DNA of 60,000 nucleotides from Amphiscolops sp. MND2022 (taxonomy: Eukaryota), in contig OZ076409.1 of the NCBI GenBank assembly GCA_964187785.1, positions 34,784,001 through 34,844,000 of the forward strand. The letters are read 5' to 3'. Below the pieces are notes generated by a model. The model had not been told where the DNA came from. It worked only from the letters and a program-made list of their open reading frames with translations, and made no database searches. Of this stretch, positions 34,163 to 48,900 are shown one piece after another. The position numbers and the translations under genes were made by a program. The first letter of the stretch is position 1. The number at the start of each line of letters is the position of its first letter.

Positions 34163-35899
34163 ATAGTATGATATAAGAAGAGATGATGGTATTCCAACAG
34201 CATTGTACCAATTCATTCCCCAAAGAAAACCTGTACAAACGAATCGTGATCAGAACAACCCGGGAACGGCATAAGTCGGCGTCCCCCTCAAAGCTCAAAG
34301 AACGATAGTCTATTCAAGTCGCCGTTGGCCATAAAAACTATTTCTATTTGAATTCAAAACTAAAATCGTGAAAAATGGATGATTTATTTGTGTAATGAAA
34401 AAAGTATCGGGGAGAAAGTTTCACAATAACGAAAACAAACCACATGGCTTGGTAATTCAAAAAATAAGTGTAAAAATAGAGAAAACACCTTTGAATCTTT
34501 TCTGTGAAATAAATATTTTAAAAGAAAAGTTGTGAAATACTGAAAAACCCGATATAGAGCATTTTCAGTTGAATAAAAAGTCAAACTAGCGAAGGGAGTA
34601 CACCTTGAACCCTATTTTTTAAAAAAAGACAAGAAAAATTTAATACGACAAAAACTTCTATAGTAGTGTTTTATTTCGTGAAGCGCACAAAAAATGCATG
34701 AGAGAAAAAGAGAATCTAATATAATTAGGAATGAGAGAGGATAGTCTAAAACAAGCTTGGAACGGCCCGATGCTATGCCCGGTTTACGGCTTGAAAAGTG
34801 TAGCGTTCTTTGAATATGCTAGAAGTAAAAAAACTCAAACTTTGCTTTTCATGATTCTTATCAGAGAAACAAATACTGCTGAGCCGGGGAAGTTTTGGTT
34901 ACTCAGTTCCGAACAAACATCAAATATGCACTTTTCGTGCACTAAACGATGTTTTTTACACTTTGTGAGCCCGAAAATTGCAACTTGCATCAGTTCTAGT
35001 TCGAAAGCAAATGGAAAAATGAAAAAGGAGTGTAGTTGATTATCAAGAAAAATTGGTGAGTTAAAAAAATGTGTATTATTCAAGGAACACCTAACGACGG
35101 AATTCTTTGCAACTGAACATGTACAACAATGAGCAATACAAGCAACCACGCACAAACAGTATACCTTTTAACCATCAATTCTACTCAAACCTGAATATGC
35201 CAGAACCGACACAAGTTGAAAAAACGCTAGATCGGTTAAAGACAAAGCCCCGCCCTATGCCTGCTAAACATACAAAAATTTTAAAAAATGGTTCTAAATC
35301 CGAGACCGAAGGATACGAAAGTTTTTGAATAGAGGTAGCCTAAGATCTAAAGTCCAGGTGCCAAAGGGTCGCCATTTCAACTGATTTGCAACCTGAACAG
35401 TAGCTTGAAACTGATCCAGACCAAAGATTCACCCTTGGTTCTTACCGGCACTGTGCAATTTTTCAAAAAAATGTATCTGGTGTACTAGAGAGTCACCCCT
35501 CTGTGTTTTTGTAGTTTCAGTTAGGAAAACAATTATCTAGGGGATCACTATGGGATTTTCTTTTGAAACAGAAAACAATTTCACGAAAGGGATTTATGAT
35601 GTTTTTGTTCCGGAAAAGCGTTCCACTTTTGTTTTTTGGCTGAAAACAACTTTTCTTCGAAGTTGTTTCATACATACCACAAAGCCTCCGTCCCATGGTT
35701 GAAATTTGCATCTAACCATAGTCAAACTTCTGAAAATTTTCACCTTGTCGGTTTATGAAATAAAATTTTCGGGTATAACGTATATTTCGGTAAAAAATGC
35801 TATGTATCCGGATTAATGGCATATTTCCACCTACTTACGTCTTTTGTAACCCTATATGTAGTTAGACGTAAAACAATTTTCGGATCTGTATAGGCAAAT

Positions 35900-36700
35900 A
35901 TAGTTGAGAACTCTTTTTTTCTTTTGCAATTGATTCAGGGATGAAACTTTCGATTGTTTGAAAAGTTCTTTTGTAATAGTATAAAAAAGATCGCAGACAC
36001 TGTGCCTCTTTTTTTCTCTATCAGTATCAAAATCCATGTCTTCACTTCTATTCAATCCCGGATGTACTTGGTGCAGTATGCTGATGATACTTTTATTTTT
36101 GTAGCAGCGAAAGACATTGGAACTGGTAGTTGATTACCTGCAGAAAGCACAGAGGAACTTCCTAAGTTTCTCGCAACCAAGTGTCTCGATGTAAAATCTA
36201 AGAAGACAGAGTCCGTTGTTTTCCCTAAACCATCGAAAAATGGTTTAAAAAACGCTACATTAAAAGTAGGAGATAATTTTATGCAACTGAAAAAACTCGT
36301 TAACGTTCCTAGAGTTTATTTGGATAGGAATCTCAACTATCAAACCGGGGGAAAGAAAATCGTACAAAAAATGGCTTGCAGTAATACAATCATCTATTAT
36401 CTTCGCTACTCCTTTCCAAAACAGAATCGGTTACTTCTAATAAAACCCGTTGTAATCACTCATCGCCAATGTTCATCGGTATTATTGAATGGTATCTCTC
36501 AGCGTTTATTCTCGACTTCAGAAAAACAAATGAACTGGGGAATAAAAGCGTGTTTCAACATATATAAAATGGATTCAGCACAAGACCTGAGAATAAAACG
36601 CGGTAAAATTTCAATTCGTCGAAGATCGCAGAGTTGAACGCGGAACGAATTTTTCTGGATAGGGAAGTATAATTTTCTTCCCTCTTTTTCACCAGCTAAA
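35900..36700 (+). pseudogene. Degraded non-LTR retrotransposon (CR1/L2-like) reverse transcriptase fragment
   Basis: LVQYADDTFIF at about 36068-36100, preceded by an SLLFN-like motif and followed by KTESVVF and VYLDRNLNY; several stops and frameshifts. Confidence 0.7.
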
Positions 36701-39085
36701 TATAGAAACCATCCGTATAAAAAGTTGTAACAGCAAGCGCTAAGCGTTTGTTCGGAACAATAGGGTGGAGGAACTGATGCTATGGGTATGCTCCGGGACA
36801 AATCACCATGATACCAGCCCATTTTACCTCCTAAGGGTTGCCGGCCCCGAGGAGGGGTAATTGTCCTAAAGGATGCTCTCCGGCCTGATCCAGTCTCTAA
36901 CTGCTGAGAATAACGGGCATCCGTCTCGGATCTTGGCCTCTGACCACAGTTTAGACAGCCTTTAAAAACAATGCCAAGGATAAACGGAGTAAATTTCCAT
37001 CTTCAGGGTGGTATCAGAATAATATCTAAAATTCGAAATAGTGTCTAAAACTGCACAAACTAGCGTTAGAGCTAGTAAATACAGCTACAGCCGGTGAAAA
37101 TACACCAATGCACACATCATTCTGGCAATCCACACAGGTACAAGCTGGGGCGCAAGGGCTTCAAGCACCAAACAAGGATAACTAAGGCAAAAAACTCCTT
37201 TCACCGATTTCCGTCACTCAGGTTGGATAATACTGAAATCGATAAAATCCGGGGTTAGCACCTCAAAAGGAGTCTTTTCTAGTGTTCTTTCTTTAAGCTC
37301 TCAGGCTGTTTCGTTCTCCGTGTTCCCGCTCGGTCTGCTCTCGTACTGGTTTTGCTTTGAAATGGCGAAAACAGCAAAAAGAGCTCAGTGCCGCTTCACA
37401 CATCGAATTCGAATTTTTGAACCAGATTTCAAATTTTCAAAATTTGCTGATTTTGCCGTACCAGAGGGTTCCGTTACAAGTCGGGAAAGAACAAAAAGAT
37501 CGCACGATCAGGCTCAAACAAAAAATGAACAACTGAGAAACAGACGTTTCAAGAGAGGGGTCCGTTTGTGGAGCGTCTTGGAGGTTGAAATGAAAAGTGG
37601 AAATCAAACAAAGCGGATATGAAACGTCTGAAGAAGAGACTAAAGAATTATTTTACTGGAAAAAAGCCGTGACTATCGGTTTCAAATAGTGATTTCTCTG
37701 CAATAATTGTCCTTATTTAACATTAAATTTAAGTTTATACATGACTGTAGTTCATTAAAACTTTTTGTATTTATCATGATATGAGGAAATTCAGTGTTTT
37801 TTCTTTGGAGCTCACCTAACCAATTAGAGAAGTGTTGTGTCTTTTCGGTTGATTTGGGTGCCATTTTACGATACTGACATTAAAAGTATTTGTAAAGCTT
37901 TTAGTTGCTTCGAAACGCAGTCTTTATTTCTGTCGAAAATCTGTTTCTGTTTCTTTTTAATGAAAACCAGGTTGCATCGAACAGGCAAAACTCAAAAACG
38001 AACAACTTTTGCTCTTTCTTGCATAAAAAAATATTTTAATGATACATTTCTGATTTTATAAAAGAAGCTCTTAAATCAATACACTTTGCAGATGTTTGTA
38101 CTCCTGAAAACATTCAAAATCTGCACAGAATTTTTTTTAAACAGTTGATTTTTTTAAACTTTCAACAATTCGGGAAGAATCATTACCAGGAAACAAATTG
38201 CTTTTCCTAAAAGTATAATGGATACTTCATTGCCAAAGCCTCTGGATTTTCTAGCTTCGAAAAATTTTAAAAACTGATTGAAAACGCAATTTCTGATTGA
38301 AAGATTGAAATTTTTGTTATTTTTTGTTAGAATTCAAGGCTTTTTCTATCCTGAAAACTCAAAAAACTCGTCGTAAAAGCGTACGAGATGACTTATTGCT
38401 TCGTCTTTGACATCTATGTGGGCTTGAATTTCTCGAGAAATTAAAAATCATTATATAATTTGCCTAAAGTAGTCAAATAAAGGACTTCCTCGTTTTTAAC
38501 CAGTTTGCGCGATTTTAATGAAAAACATCAGATTGTTCGTCGTAACAGGGTTGAGTATAGCTAGCTCGTTCGTTATTGAACTCTCTGGGTCTGGATGTTG
38601 TAACTCTTGGAAACGTCTAAAAACCGATTGAACATCGCCTTAAAAAGGTCAAAATCTGGAACAATTTCAAATTTCATTTCATTCCAGTCATTATGACACT
38701 ATTTTACAACAAAACGTCTCGGGTTTTCTCTTTCTCTAAAAAGGCGAACTGTATAGCGGTTGTTTTGCAGTTTTGGAATCTCAAAATCAAGTTGGTATTC
38801 GGGAAAGTAAACAAAATTCCAAAAAACGGTTTGAAACGGAACGTTAAATATTTTTAGTTTTTTAGTTCTTTGGGGTTACTTTGAGACACTTAGTGAAACC
38901 TTTTTCAAACTCTTTTTCAACAAGGCATCCTTGTTAGTTAGTTTTTATCTCGGAACTTCGGGACTTTTCTAACCAGCTTTTCTAAATCATGAGAGTGTTT
39001 AAAAACTGTACAAACATTGAAATAAAAGGTTTAAAAATGGATTAATGGTATAATTTTTTACTGTTTTGAGGTCATTTTGATCAAA

Positions 39086-40306
39086 CACTATGATATAAAA
39101 AAGATAGACAACCCTGGAGAATTATTTAAAAAGGAACATTTTTAACAGAAAACATTCCTTTATTCAATCAAATTAAATGTTTAGTGTCCAATTGGTGCGC
39201 CTTTCACCAGGGACAGTTTTTCGATCCAACTTTCCATAGATTCATATAGTTTTGCTACAAATTCTTGATCACTATTGTTCGGAATTTCCAGTATTTTTTC
39301 TTCAAAATTTTCCGAAGAAACTGTCTGTTTGCGCAATCGTTCTTTAATAATGGCCCATAAATTCAGGTCAGGGCTATATGCGGGCCAATCCAAGATTTTC
39401 CAGCTGTTTTCAGCAAAGTAATCCAGAAGTTTCTGCGCTTTATGGATAGGGGCGTTGTCTTGCTGAGAAACTAAGCATCGAAAAGGAGATTTTCTTGGTA
39501 TTTCTGCAAAACTTTCAGATATTCATCACTGTTCATGTTGTTGGAGCATTTAATAAGCATTTTGCGGTCATCAAAACATATTGCTCCCCAAAACATAAGC
39601 GATCTTTTGTCTCTGCTAACTTTTTTTAAGTTTTCTATATTCTACCTTGTTCTAATTTTCCTTATAACTCCACGATCCCATCACTTGTTAGTCTTACGCG
39701 AGTTTCGTCGGTGAAGACCACATCTGCCAGAAGCTGAAAGGCTTGTTTTTTTAATCAATATACATCATTTTAACTAACCACTATTAATCTTGGTGTTCGC
39801 GCTTTAAAATTTAACCTTTGAGCTGCAATCCGGCATCTAATTCCGTGTTTCCTTGAATGTTTCGAGCTGTCGGCCTCGAAATGGATTTTTTCGTCGAGAA
39901 TGAGTGAAAGTGTACTCTCACTTTCTCCAAACTCACCATGGGATTCTTCAAAACATCGGTCACAAGATCTTTTCGTCTTTTTTGTAGGTTTTTGGCCTGC
40001 CAGTGGGTTTCTTAGGGTTGTAGGAACTTTTTGTACCACAAGTAGGCATTTGAAACTGTAGATTTTGATCTAATTTTGAGCTTCTCTTGTATCTCGTGGT
40101 AAGAAAATCCAACATTTTTTAATGTAACAATTTGGCAAAGAAAATGAGAGTCAAGCCATTTTCGCATTTTCTTGAGAAGAAAAACAACCTTTGAACTGTA
40201 GGCTTTGAACTGTTTGAACAATGTGAACTTCCGTTTTGAAGTTTTGAAACTGAGGCTAAACTGAAAAGCTGTTCAAAACTTCAGGTACCTATCTTTTACC
40301 ATAGTG
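39086..40306 (-). mobile_element. Defective Tc1-family DNA transposon
   Basis: Degenerate TIRs CACTATG...AAAAGATAG with TA on the right flank. Transposase remnants VFTDE, MFWGAI, QQDNAPIHKA and DWPAYSPDLN; the PIE segment with the third catalytic residue is deleted; many frameshifts. Confidence 0.88.
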
Positions 40307-41593
40307 TAACCAGAAACATTCAAAACCTCTGGGAACTCACTTTGACTTTGACACGAAACGAAGTTCCTAGCAAATTAGTAAATGAATAATTCTATGGGGA
40401 AATCTTTTGAATTTGGGTAAGTCATTTGAAATTTCAGGGAAAAAGTGCGGCTCATTTCGTAAGTTTGTCTTCCCATGTGGGCAGAAAATAACAATCAAAC
40501 TATGACCTTTTGGCTTTCTTGGTCAGATACCTTTAGATCTTGAGCGGTAAGTCTGTGAAAAGTGGAACATTCAGAAACATTCTGTGATTCGACAAAAAAA
40601 TTTTAGCATTCCAGACATTTTTACAAACTTTGCTGATGTTCATGTTTGTTGTAGCTGTTTTTAAAACAATGTTTTAGAACTGCCCAACTTCACTGTAGTG
40701 GAAAAAATGGAAATCAATACTTCTCTCACGGAACAAAATTGCAAATAGTTCTAAAATTTTCTATTGGAGCAAGATCACTATTTTGATGGAAGAAACTTTC
40801 TTTTCTGAACAAAACTTAAAACCACTAGAGCTTGCTAAAACAACAGAGGCAATTTTTTCGTATACTGTTACCACAGGACATATATAAGGGGGCTTTTCAA
40901 AAAATACAACAGAACCCCGGAATTATGTTTTTTTTCGATAAAGTTTTGATCAGAAAAGTCGCAAAGTGGCGAATTTATCCAAAGGTCTGACCTTTTAGGC
41001 GCAATATTGCGAACCCGAAGCAGAGAACTGCTAGTGTACAGAACAAAATTTCGTAAAAAGTTGCCATCAGGCGAAGAGAACCGTAGGTTTCTCCACAATT
41101 ATTAAGAAAATCTCATTAGTCCGAGACGATCAAAAATGACCCACGAGGTCACCCTTTAGAATTAAACACTTGAATGTTTTTCGTTAACAGAATCTTCGAA
41201 TTGTTAAGAAAAAATATTTTTTCCAAAAATATGTTTATAATTTCTGTGAGTCGCACAGCGTAGAAAACATAAGGAATCCATCTATGCTCACCAAACGTTC
41301 GATTTCTGCTGACACCAAAGGTGGGCACTTCGGTTGATCAGAAAAAAGAGTGTCGAAATTCCCAAAGACGGCCGTTTAGTCTTTCATCTACCTTTGTCAG
41401 CATAAAAACGTTTTGTTTTAGTTCGTGTCTCAAACCGAGGCCTAAAAACAGGCGTTAACCGCTGGCGAAGTGGAAAGTAGACTAGTTGTAGTATGAATCT
41501 TATCATGAGTTCCATTATTCACACAATTGCAATTCGATTTCACCTCAATGAGCCTGACAGTGCTGTTAGGATAAACCCAGAAAAAACTAAACC

Positions 41594-41845
41594 AAAACAA
41601 GACGCCCACTAAGCACCGGGATATTTTGCGCCTTCTTAAAAAAGTCAGGCGAAGGCGAGATTCGAACCCACTATCTACTGTCGCCCACTATCTGATAGGA
41701 TGCACTACCAACTGAGCCAAAGTAGCTAAAATAGTAAACAACTGAGAATGATGGAGATCGAGGAGTTTTGGCAGAATTTGTAAAAAAAACGCAACACAGA
41801 TTATAATATTCCTCCCCAATAAATTTGCGGAGGCGGAAAGTAAAA
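41594..41845. mobile_element. Short interspersed repeat with an internal tRNA-like segment, copy 1
   Basis: Homologous to 54894-55141. Minus strand carries A-box TGGCTCAGTTGG and B-box GGTTCGAATC. Confidence 0.6.
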
Positions 41846-43139
41846 ATTGCATGAATTAATTGAATGATTCAATGTGTATAGTATCTATCCAGTATACTCG
41901 ATCATATTGAATCATTGAATTAATATAGGGTGTATTCCAAGCCATGTTTCCTATACACTGCTACACAAATTTGGTGGCTTTTTCAAGCACTAACTAGCGG
42001 TGCGGTGTGAAAAATCCTTCGGGTTTTTGAGAGGTTGAAAACTTCTCGGAAATGTGACCTGCTACAATAACTTTCTTCAGTCTTCAGCTCAGTTTTTTAT
42101 GTTGACGTTTTCAATCTAAAAAAGCGATTTGCAAAGTTAAACACTCTTACCATGCCCCCCAAATGAACAAGCCTCTGAAACTTACACACTCTAAAAACAT
42201 GGTGGCTGAAATTAGTTTTTGTTGACCTTGAGTCATCTATGTTTTGAAAACAAGTTGGAAGTAACAAATTTATGGATCATCTTCCGGAGTGTACTGAACT
42301 TTTTTCGTAGCATACAGATTGAAGAGAAAGTATGATGCTGTGCTGAAAGTACGATCTATACCCTCTAAGATAGAGAACTTTTTATGGAGATTAATGTTGC
42401 TAATTTAATGCTGCCGTCTTGAAATGGAAATGAAATTTGGGTTTAGAGCCGGAGCTACATTAGCTTGTGTGGCAAATCACCGAGAGGTCTAAACAAGTTG
42501 TGGTGCCGGCGATTTGTGGCGAGGAGGGCACGGAATTGTGGCAGGATTAGTGCTGCGAATCTAATGAGTGCCATGTCCGCTAGGGGGCGGCACTTGCTGC
42601 ATGACTATCTGATTAATTTCTCGATGACATGCATGCAGCTAGCTGAAAGAAAGTGTGAAAAAAATGCAGACTGTAAATTCTGTTCACGCTCTCAAAGTTG
42701 AGTTGCAGGCTGGCCGGCATCGTCAAAGCATAAGGCGGCAGTTGTGGACACAGAAGGAAATGAGAGAAAAAAATGAGGAAAAAAAAGGATGTAGTGAAAT
42801 GCAGTTACGGCTGTGGCCGGCCGGCGGACGAGGAAGAAGGTTGCATTAATTTTTTGATTGGCTATTTCATTTTTGTCAAATAATCATGAATTTTATCCGC
42901 TGGCTGTTCTTACTGAGCTACTCAACATTGGAAGCTGGGACGGACATAGCCGGCTGGTAGCAGACTGTCTTTTCTCAATTTCGCATCTTTCTCGAACAGG
43001 AGAAGTGAACAGAAAAGAAGAAGCGTTCATCTGCAGAGGTAGAACACAGTACTTTGCATTGGAAAGTATAAAAATAGTTGGAGCCGTACAAAAAGTAGAT
43101 CTAAATTGAGACCAACTGCAAGTGTAAGTGCTGTTCACC

Positions 43140-44457
43140 CAGCCGCCCCACCGGTAAAGGCGGCAGGTAGTACCAGCCAGAAAGGAGCCACTAGACCCAG
43201 CACACCTCTACCAACCAACCAGCCAGTCAGCCGGTAGAAAAAAAACAGAATAAAAGAAAATATAGTAGCTGCGCTGCTCCGGTTGGCCACCAAGCGTTTT
43301 TGCCGCTCGATTAGGACGACAGACTAACTAAGTGAACAGACGAGAACAGTACAGACGCCAATCTTTAACACCAAATAACTACTCTTCTTCTGCGGCTGCT
43401 GCTAGTGCTACTGCTTCTCCTGGTTTTTCTTCTCCTCTCTGCTGTGTTCTTCCTCTGCTGGTAAACCAACTACCGCATCATCTACCATCACAGAACCGAC
43501 CAACACCATCAATTCGTACTACTCAAGTACAAGTACCAGTAGCCGGTGCCACAACAGCCGCCGTCGCTTCTGCCGCTGTACTTGTAGCATACCCCTTACA
43601 GCATACTTACTTTCTGCTCTTTTTTCTTTTCGCTTGTTTGTTTGTTTGTTTGTTTGTTTAAATTTCCTTCTGTTACTTCCTCCGCTTCTCTCACCCGCCT
43701 TGCTTATGGACCTCATCAAAAAAATCAAACGAAAAATAATGCTTTGCCTTCACCTTTGTGGTCTGCAGGCGCCTTAACTGTACTCAAAGCAGGACTTACC
43801 TTTAACGGAATACTGGTTTTATTGCCTAATCTCAATCCCCACACACGATTGCTATCTCTATCTCCCAACCGAAATTTTCATCCATCGCAGTTCTACTACT
43901 TTGTCCAAATTATACCATCGTAAAATTAAAATTTCATCTACTTCTACAAATTTTTTATCTGACCATTTACAGTAAATTAATCCAAAACAGTTTTGTTTGT
44001 TACAAGTTAATATAAAACTTGGTGTTATCACTTTTTCAGGAAAACAGTAATTTAAGTGACATTAGGTCGTGACCTTTTGCACAACATCATTTGAGGTGAA
44101 GCGAATTTCCTTGCGCAGTTGGTTGCCGTGCATAGTTAGATTTTCAAGTTCCCTTTGCCCAGCTCCGAAGACCAATTAGTCCAACATTGCTCAATGTCCG
44201 GCACATTATGTTACGCAATTCACTGTCCCAATCCGGATTATGGCAGATAAAGTCCAGAATAGCGACTTAACAACTATTTCAGTGGGATGAGATTGCAACC
44301 GTTGAACTTCATCGACGAACCATTCAGAAGTAGAAGCTATTTTATCAATAAACGTGACTTTTTTGTTTCAAATTTTATACATTATTTCAGAGGAGGGATG
44401 GCGTATCTACAAAGAAAAGCCCAATTGTGAAAAGAACCTGCAAAATATAAACCACAG
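43140..44457 (+). other. Possible promoter, 5' UTR and small exon(s) of a host gene
   Basis: Non-repetitive, locally GC-richer sequence. Candidate exon 44391-44457 bounded by TTATTTCAG and GTGAGT with an open frame EGWRIYKEKPNCEKNLQNINH. No gene model could be completed. Confidence 0.25.
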
Positions 44458-45910
44458 GTGAGTGATGAACCTTTGAAGTTTAAATTAATTGGCACATATG
44501 ACTGGAATAAAATCTAAAAGCATAGCACCGTAGGGTCCGTTTCATTCTTTTTTAATCGCCGGTTCTTTATGAAGTGAAACGCGTCTGTTTTAGTGGCTTT
44601 TCGTCAATTTTTTTTTCAATTTTTCAATCCGGTCAAAGTGGCCATAAACGTCTACAAAAATTTCTAAAATCCTATGATCTGAAGAGGGCCAAAAGGGTTG
44701 AAAGGGCATGCTTTCATTTGTTAGTATTTTTATGCAAATTACAAAGCTATCTCTAAGTGGATTGCTTCTAAGTGCTATTCTTTTTTTTGAAAATTTTCTT
44801 TTTTTCACAAAAGGTTCTCTCTTTGGTTTTTGACACTTTCAGCATTTTTCTGCTCTGTGAGATTTTGAGAAATATTCTGAAAACTTTACAGTGCAAACTC
44901 TTCAAAATAGAATCGAAAACACTACATTCAGAGTCTTGAAGGACCATGGTCATACCGCTTTCACACAGTAAACATCAGAGAAGCTCACACAGTAAACATC
45001 AGAGAAGCAAAAACAACCAACAGACCATCGCGTGGAAAACATGCCTAATTTTCCGTCAATCAAAACGAACGACTGCTGTAGCAATTTTTGTGTCTGGTCT
45101 GGACGACACTAGCTAGCTGTTTTCAAAGTATGAAATCCCACGGGACTTGGAACTCTTAAAATTTAATTGTGTTCCTGCAGTAGCTTATGCAATTTTAAGG
45201 AAACTTTTTTTCAAATCCGATTAACCACCCCAGAGAATTCTTAGTCTGTGGCCATACATGTCCCAAATCTGACAGAGAAAAAACCATGACAAGATTTTGG
45301 TAAAAAACCTATGGTCTCAGACCTGGCCCTAGAATGAGAAATCACTGACTACAGATATAACCCCAAGCTAAAAAAATGTATGGAAAGTAGATCTTTCAGG
45401 TATCATTGAAAAAAATTGATGTAGAGTGGCATAAGAACATAAGAGTGGCAGAAAAGAAAAGTCAAAGTCCTCGGAACTAGAATGCTCTGTTCCTTTGTAG
45501 TTCTTCCGATTTCCTGTGAATTCCCTGCATGGAGAAAAATTGAAATAATGTATTGAGCAAATCAAATTCAATACTTTCGAGAGTTCAAGTTTTCTTAGTG
45601 ATGACCAACTGTAGATACGATGTTAGAAAGAGACGCATTGAGGTTGCGACATTTTTAGAAGAGAAAAAAATGAAATTGAAACGCAGCTTTTCGAAGTTTT
45701 TTTTTCAAACCCGTACTGGCACTACAGTGGACTTAAGTCCTTGCCACGATAACTAAAGGATTCCAAAGACTGCCAAGGATTTCCCCAGTTTTCGAAAACT
45801 GCAGTCCTTGAGAAATTTCGATAAAAAATTCGAAAATGCAAATGGGCGCAGCCATTTTGAATTTGAGTAGGAAAAACGTAGTTTCAAGTGTATTTTCTAT
45901 CAATTATGCC

Positions 45911-48900
45911 CCACTAAAAAGTCAAAAAGTGAAGGGGAGAGCCCTTGATGAAAACACTTACTAACTTATGAAAAAAACCGGAAGTGCCAAAATTTGCAAA
46001 ATTACGCAAAGGGTATCCTTTTATGCTGGAAATACGGTTTTTCAGGAACTAAAAGCTTTTTTAAAAACCAAAAAGGGGACTCCCAAGAAATTGAAAAATA
46101 ATTGACTGTAAACTTTTACAGTGCAGAAAACATCTCAAATGCCAAAAAACTTTGCAATCAAAAATGAAAAGAATTGCGCCAGAATTAAAATGTTTCGTTT
46201 TACTGTTTCTGGCTCACTGAAAACATCATAATGTTTAAAAAACATAGGCGCGACAGCAGAAACGTTCAATGGTCTGAAGAAGGTGCTACAAAATGAGAAT
46301 ATCCCAAGGCATAAAACCCAGTGAACATATCTAGTTTCAGATCAGGATATTTCGATGAAAAACTAAAAGGAATGAATTTTTTTGAGAAAATGAAAAAAAA
46401 TGTATTTTTGGCAGAAACGCGAAGGCGCCATTCTTCATGATGAAAACTTTGATACTACAAAAAGTAGCCTATATCCTCGCCTAAACTTTGTGAGGAAGAA
46501 TGGTTTTCGTATCTATTTCCAGTTCTGCTATATTTTGGAAAAATCAGCTACATTTTGGAAAACTGGAAAAAATTCAGAAAAAATTGTTCATTACTTTATT
46601 TGCTGAAAAAAAGCAGAGCGAAAAAAGTTTCGACGTCACGTTTAGCCTAGAACGTAGCCTACATAAGCTTCGTAAAATCAACGAAAGCTTGAACCCGATA
46701 TGCTTGAACGAAAGCTTGAGCCCCTGCACCCAGTTTCTAAAGGCTTTTTGAGTGGTGGTCCAGAAGACCAGCGACATGCCAACTATAGGAAGCAATAACA
46801 GACAAGAATAGTTCGGAGAGCATCCTGATAAGACACCCTCCATGAGACATGCTCCCACATGGGATCGTACAAAAAAAATCGAACATTGCGAAAAATTGAA
46901 GTAGGGAAGATTTCATGCCAAAAATTCTTTTTAACCACTAAAAGAGTCAAAAAGTGAAGGGGAGAGCCCTTGATGAAAACACTTACTAACTTATGAAAAA
47001 AACCGGAAGTGCCAAAATTTGCAAAATTACGCAAAGGGTATCCTTTTATGCTGGAAATACGGTTTTTCAGGAACTAAAAGCTTTTTTAAAAACCAAAAAG
47101 GGGACTCCCAAGAAATTGAAAAATAATTGACTGTAAACTTTTACAGTGCAGAAAACATCTCAAATGCCAAAAAACTTTGCAATCAAAAATGAAAAGAATT
47201 GCGCCAGAATTAAAATGTTTCGTTTTACTGTTTCTGGCTCACTGAAAACATCATAATGTTTAAAAAACATAGGCGCGACAGCAGAAACGTTCAATGGTCT
47301 GAAGAAGGTGCTACAAAATGAGAATATCCCAAGGCATAAAACCCAGTGAACATATCTAGTTTCAGATCAGGATATTTCGATGAAAAACTAAAAGGAATGA
47401 ATTTTTTTGAGAAAATGAAAAAAAATGTATTTTTGGCAGTAACGCGAAGGCGCCATTCTTCATGATGAAAACTTTGATACTACAAAAAGTAGCCTATATC
47501 CTCGCCTAAACTTTGTGAGGAAGAATGGTTTTCGTATCTATTTCCAGTTCTGCTATATTTTGGAAAAATCAGCTACATTTTGGAAAACTGGAAAAAATTC
47601 AGAAAAAATTGTTCATTACTTTATTTGCTGAAAAAAAGCAGAGCGAAAAAAGTTTCGACGTCACGTTTAGCCTAGAACGTAGCCTACATAAGCTTCGTAA
47701 AATCAACGAAAGCTTGAACCCGATATGCTTGAACGAAAGCTTGAGCCCCTGCACCCAGTTTCTAAAGGCTTTTTGAGTGGTGGTCCAGAAGACCAGCGAC
47801 ATGCCAACTATAGGAAGCAATAACAGACAAGAATAGTTCGGAGAGCATCCTGATAAGACACCCTCCATGAGACATGCTCCCACATGGGATCGTACAAAAA
47901 AAATCGAACATTGCGAAAAATTGAAGTAGGGAAGATTTCATGCCAAAAATTCTTTTTAACCACTAAAAGAGTCAAAAAGTGAAGGGGAGAGCCCTTGATG
48001 AAAACACTTACTAACTTATGAAAAAAACCGGAAGTGCCAAAATTTGCAAAATTACGCAAAGGGTATCCTTTTATGCTGGAAATACGGTTTTTCAGGAACT
48101 AAAAGCTTTTTTAAAAACCAAAAAGGGGACTCCCAAGAAATTGAAAAATAATTGACTGTAAACTTTTACAGTGCAGAAAACATCTCAAATGCCAAAAAAT
48201 TTGCAATCAAAAATGAACAGAATTGCGCCAGAATTAAAATGTTTCGTTTTACTGTTTCTGGCTCACTGAAAACATCATAATGTTTAAAAAACATAGGCGC
48301 GACAGCAGAAACGTTCAATGGTCTGAAGAAGGTGCTACAAAATGAGTATATCCCAAGGCATAAAACCCAGTGAACATATCTAGTTTCAGATCAGGATATT
48401 TCGATGAAGAACTAAAAGGAATGAATTTTTTTGAGAAGATGAAAAAAAATGTATTTTTGGCAGAAACGCGAAGGCGCCATTCTTCATGATGAAAACTTTG
48501 ATACTACAAAAAGTAGCCTATATCCTCGCCTAAACTTTGTGAGGAAGAATGGTTTTCGTATCTATTTCCAGTTCTGCTATATTTTGGAAAAATCAGCTAC
48601 ATTTTGGAAAAATGGAAAAAATTCAGAAAAAATTGTTCATTACTTTATTTGCTGAAAAAAAGCATAGCGAAAAAAGTTTCGACGTCACGTTTAGCCTAGA
48701 ACGTAGCCTACATAAGCTTCGTAAAATCAACGAAAGCTTGAACCCGATATGCTTGAACGAAAGCTTGAGCCCCTGCACCCAGTTTCTAAAGGCTTTTTGA
48801 GTGGTGGTCCAGAAGACCAGCGACATGCCAACTATAGGAAGCAATAACAGACAAGAATAGTTCGGAGAGCATCCTGATAAGACACCCTCCATGAGACATG

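Noticed and set aside
43332..43923. 109-aa and 93-aa ORFs as host proteins
   Set aside because: Non-ATG starts, low complexity and a GTTT microsatellite; more consistent with UTR or intron sequence.
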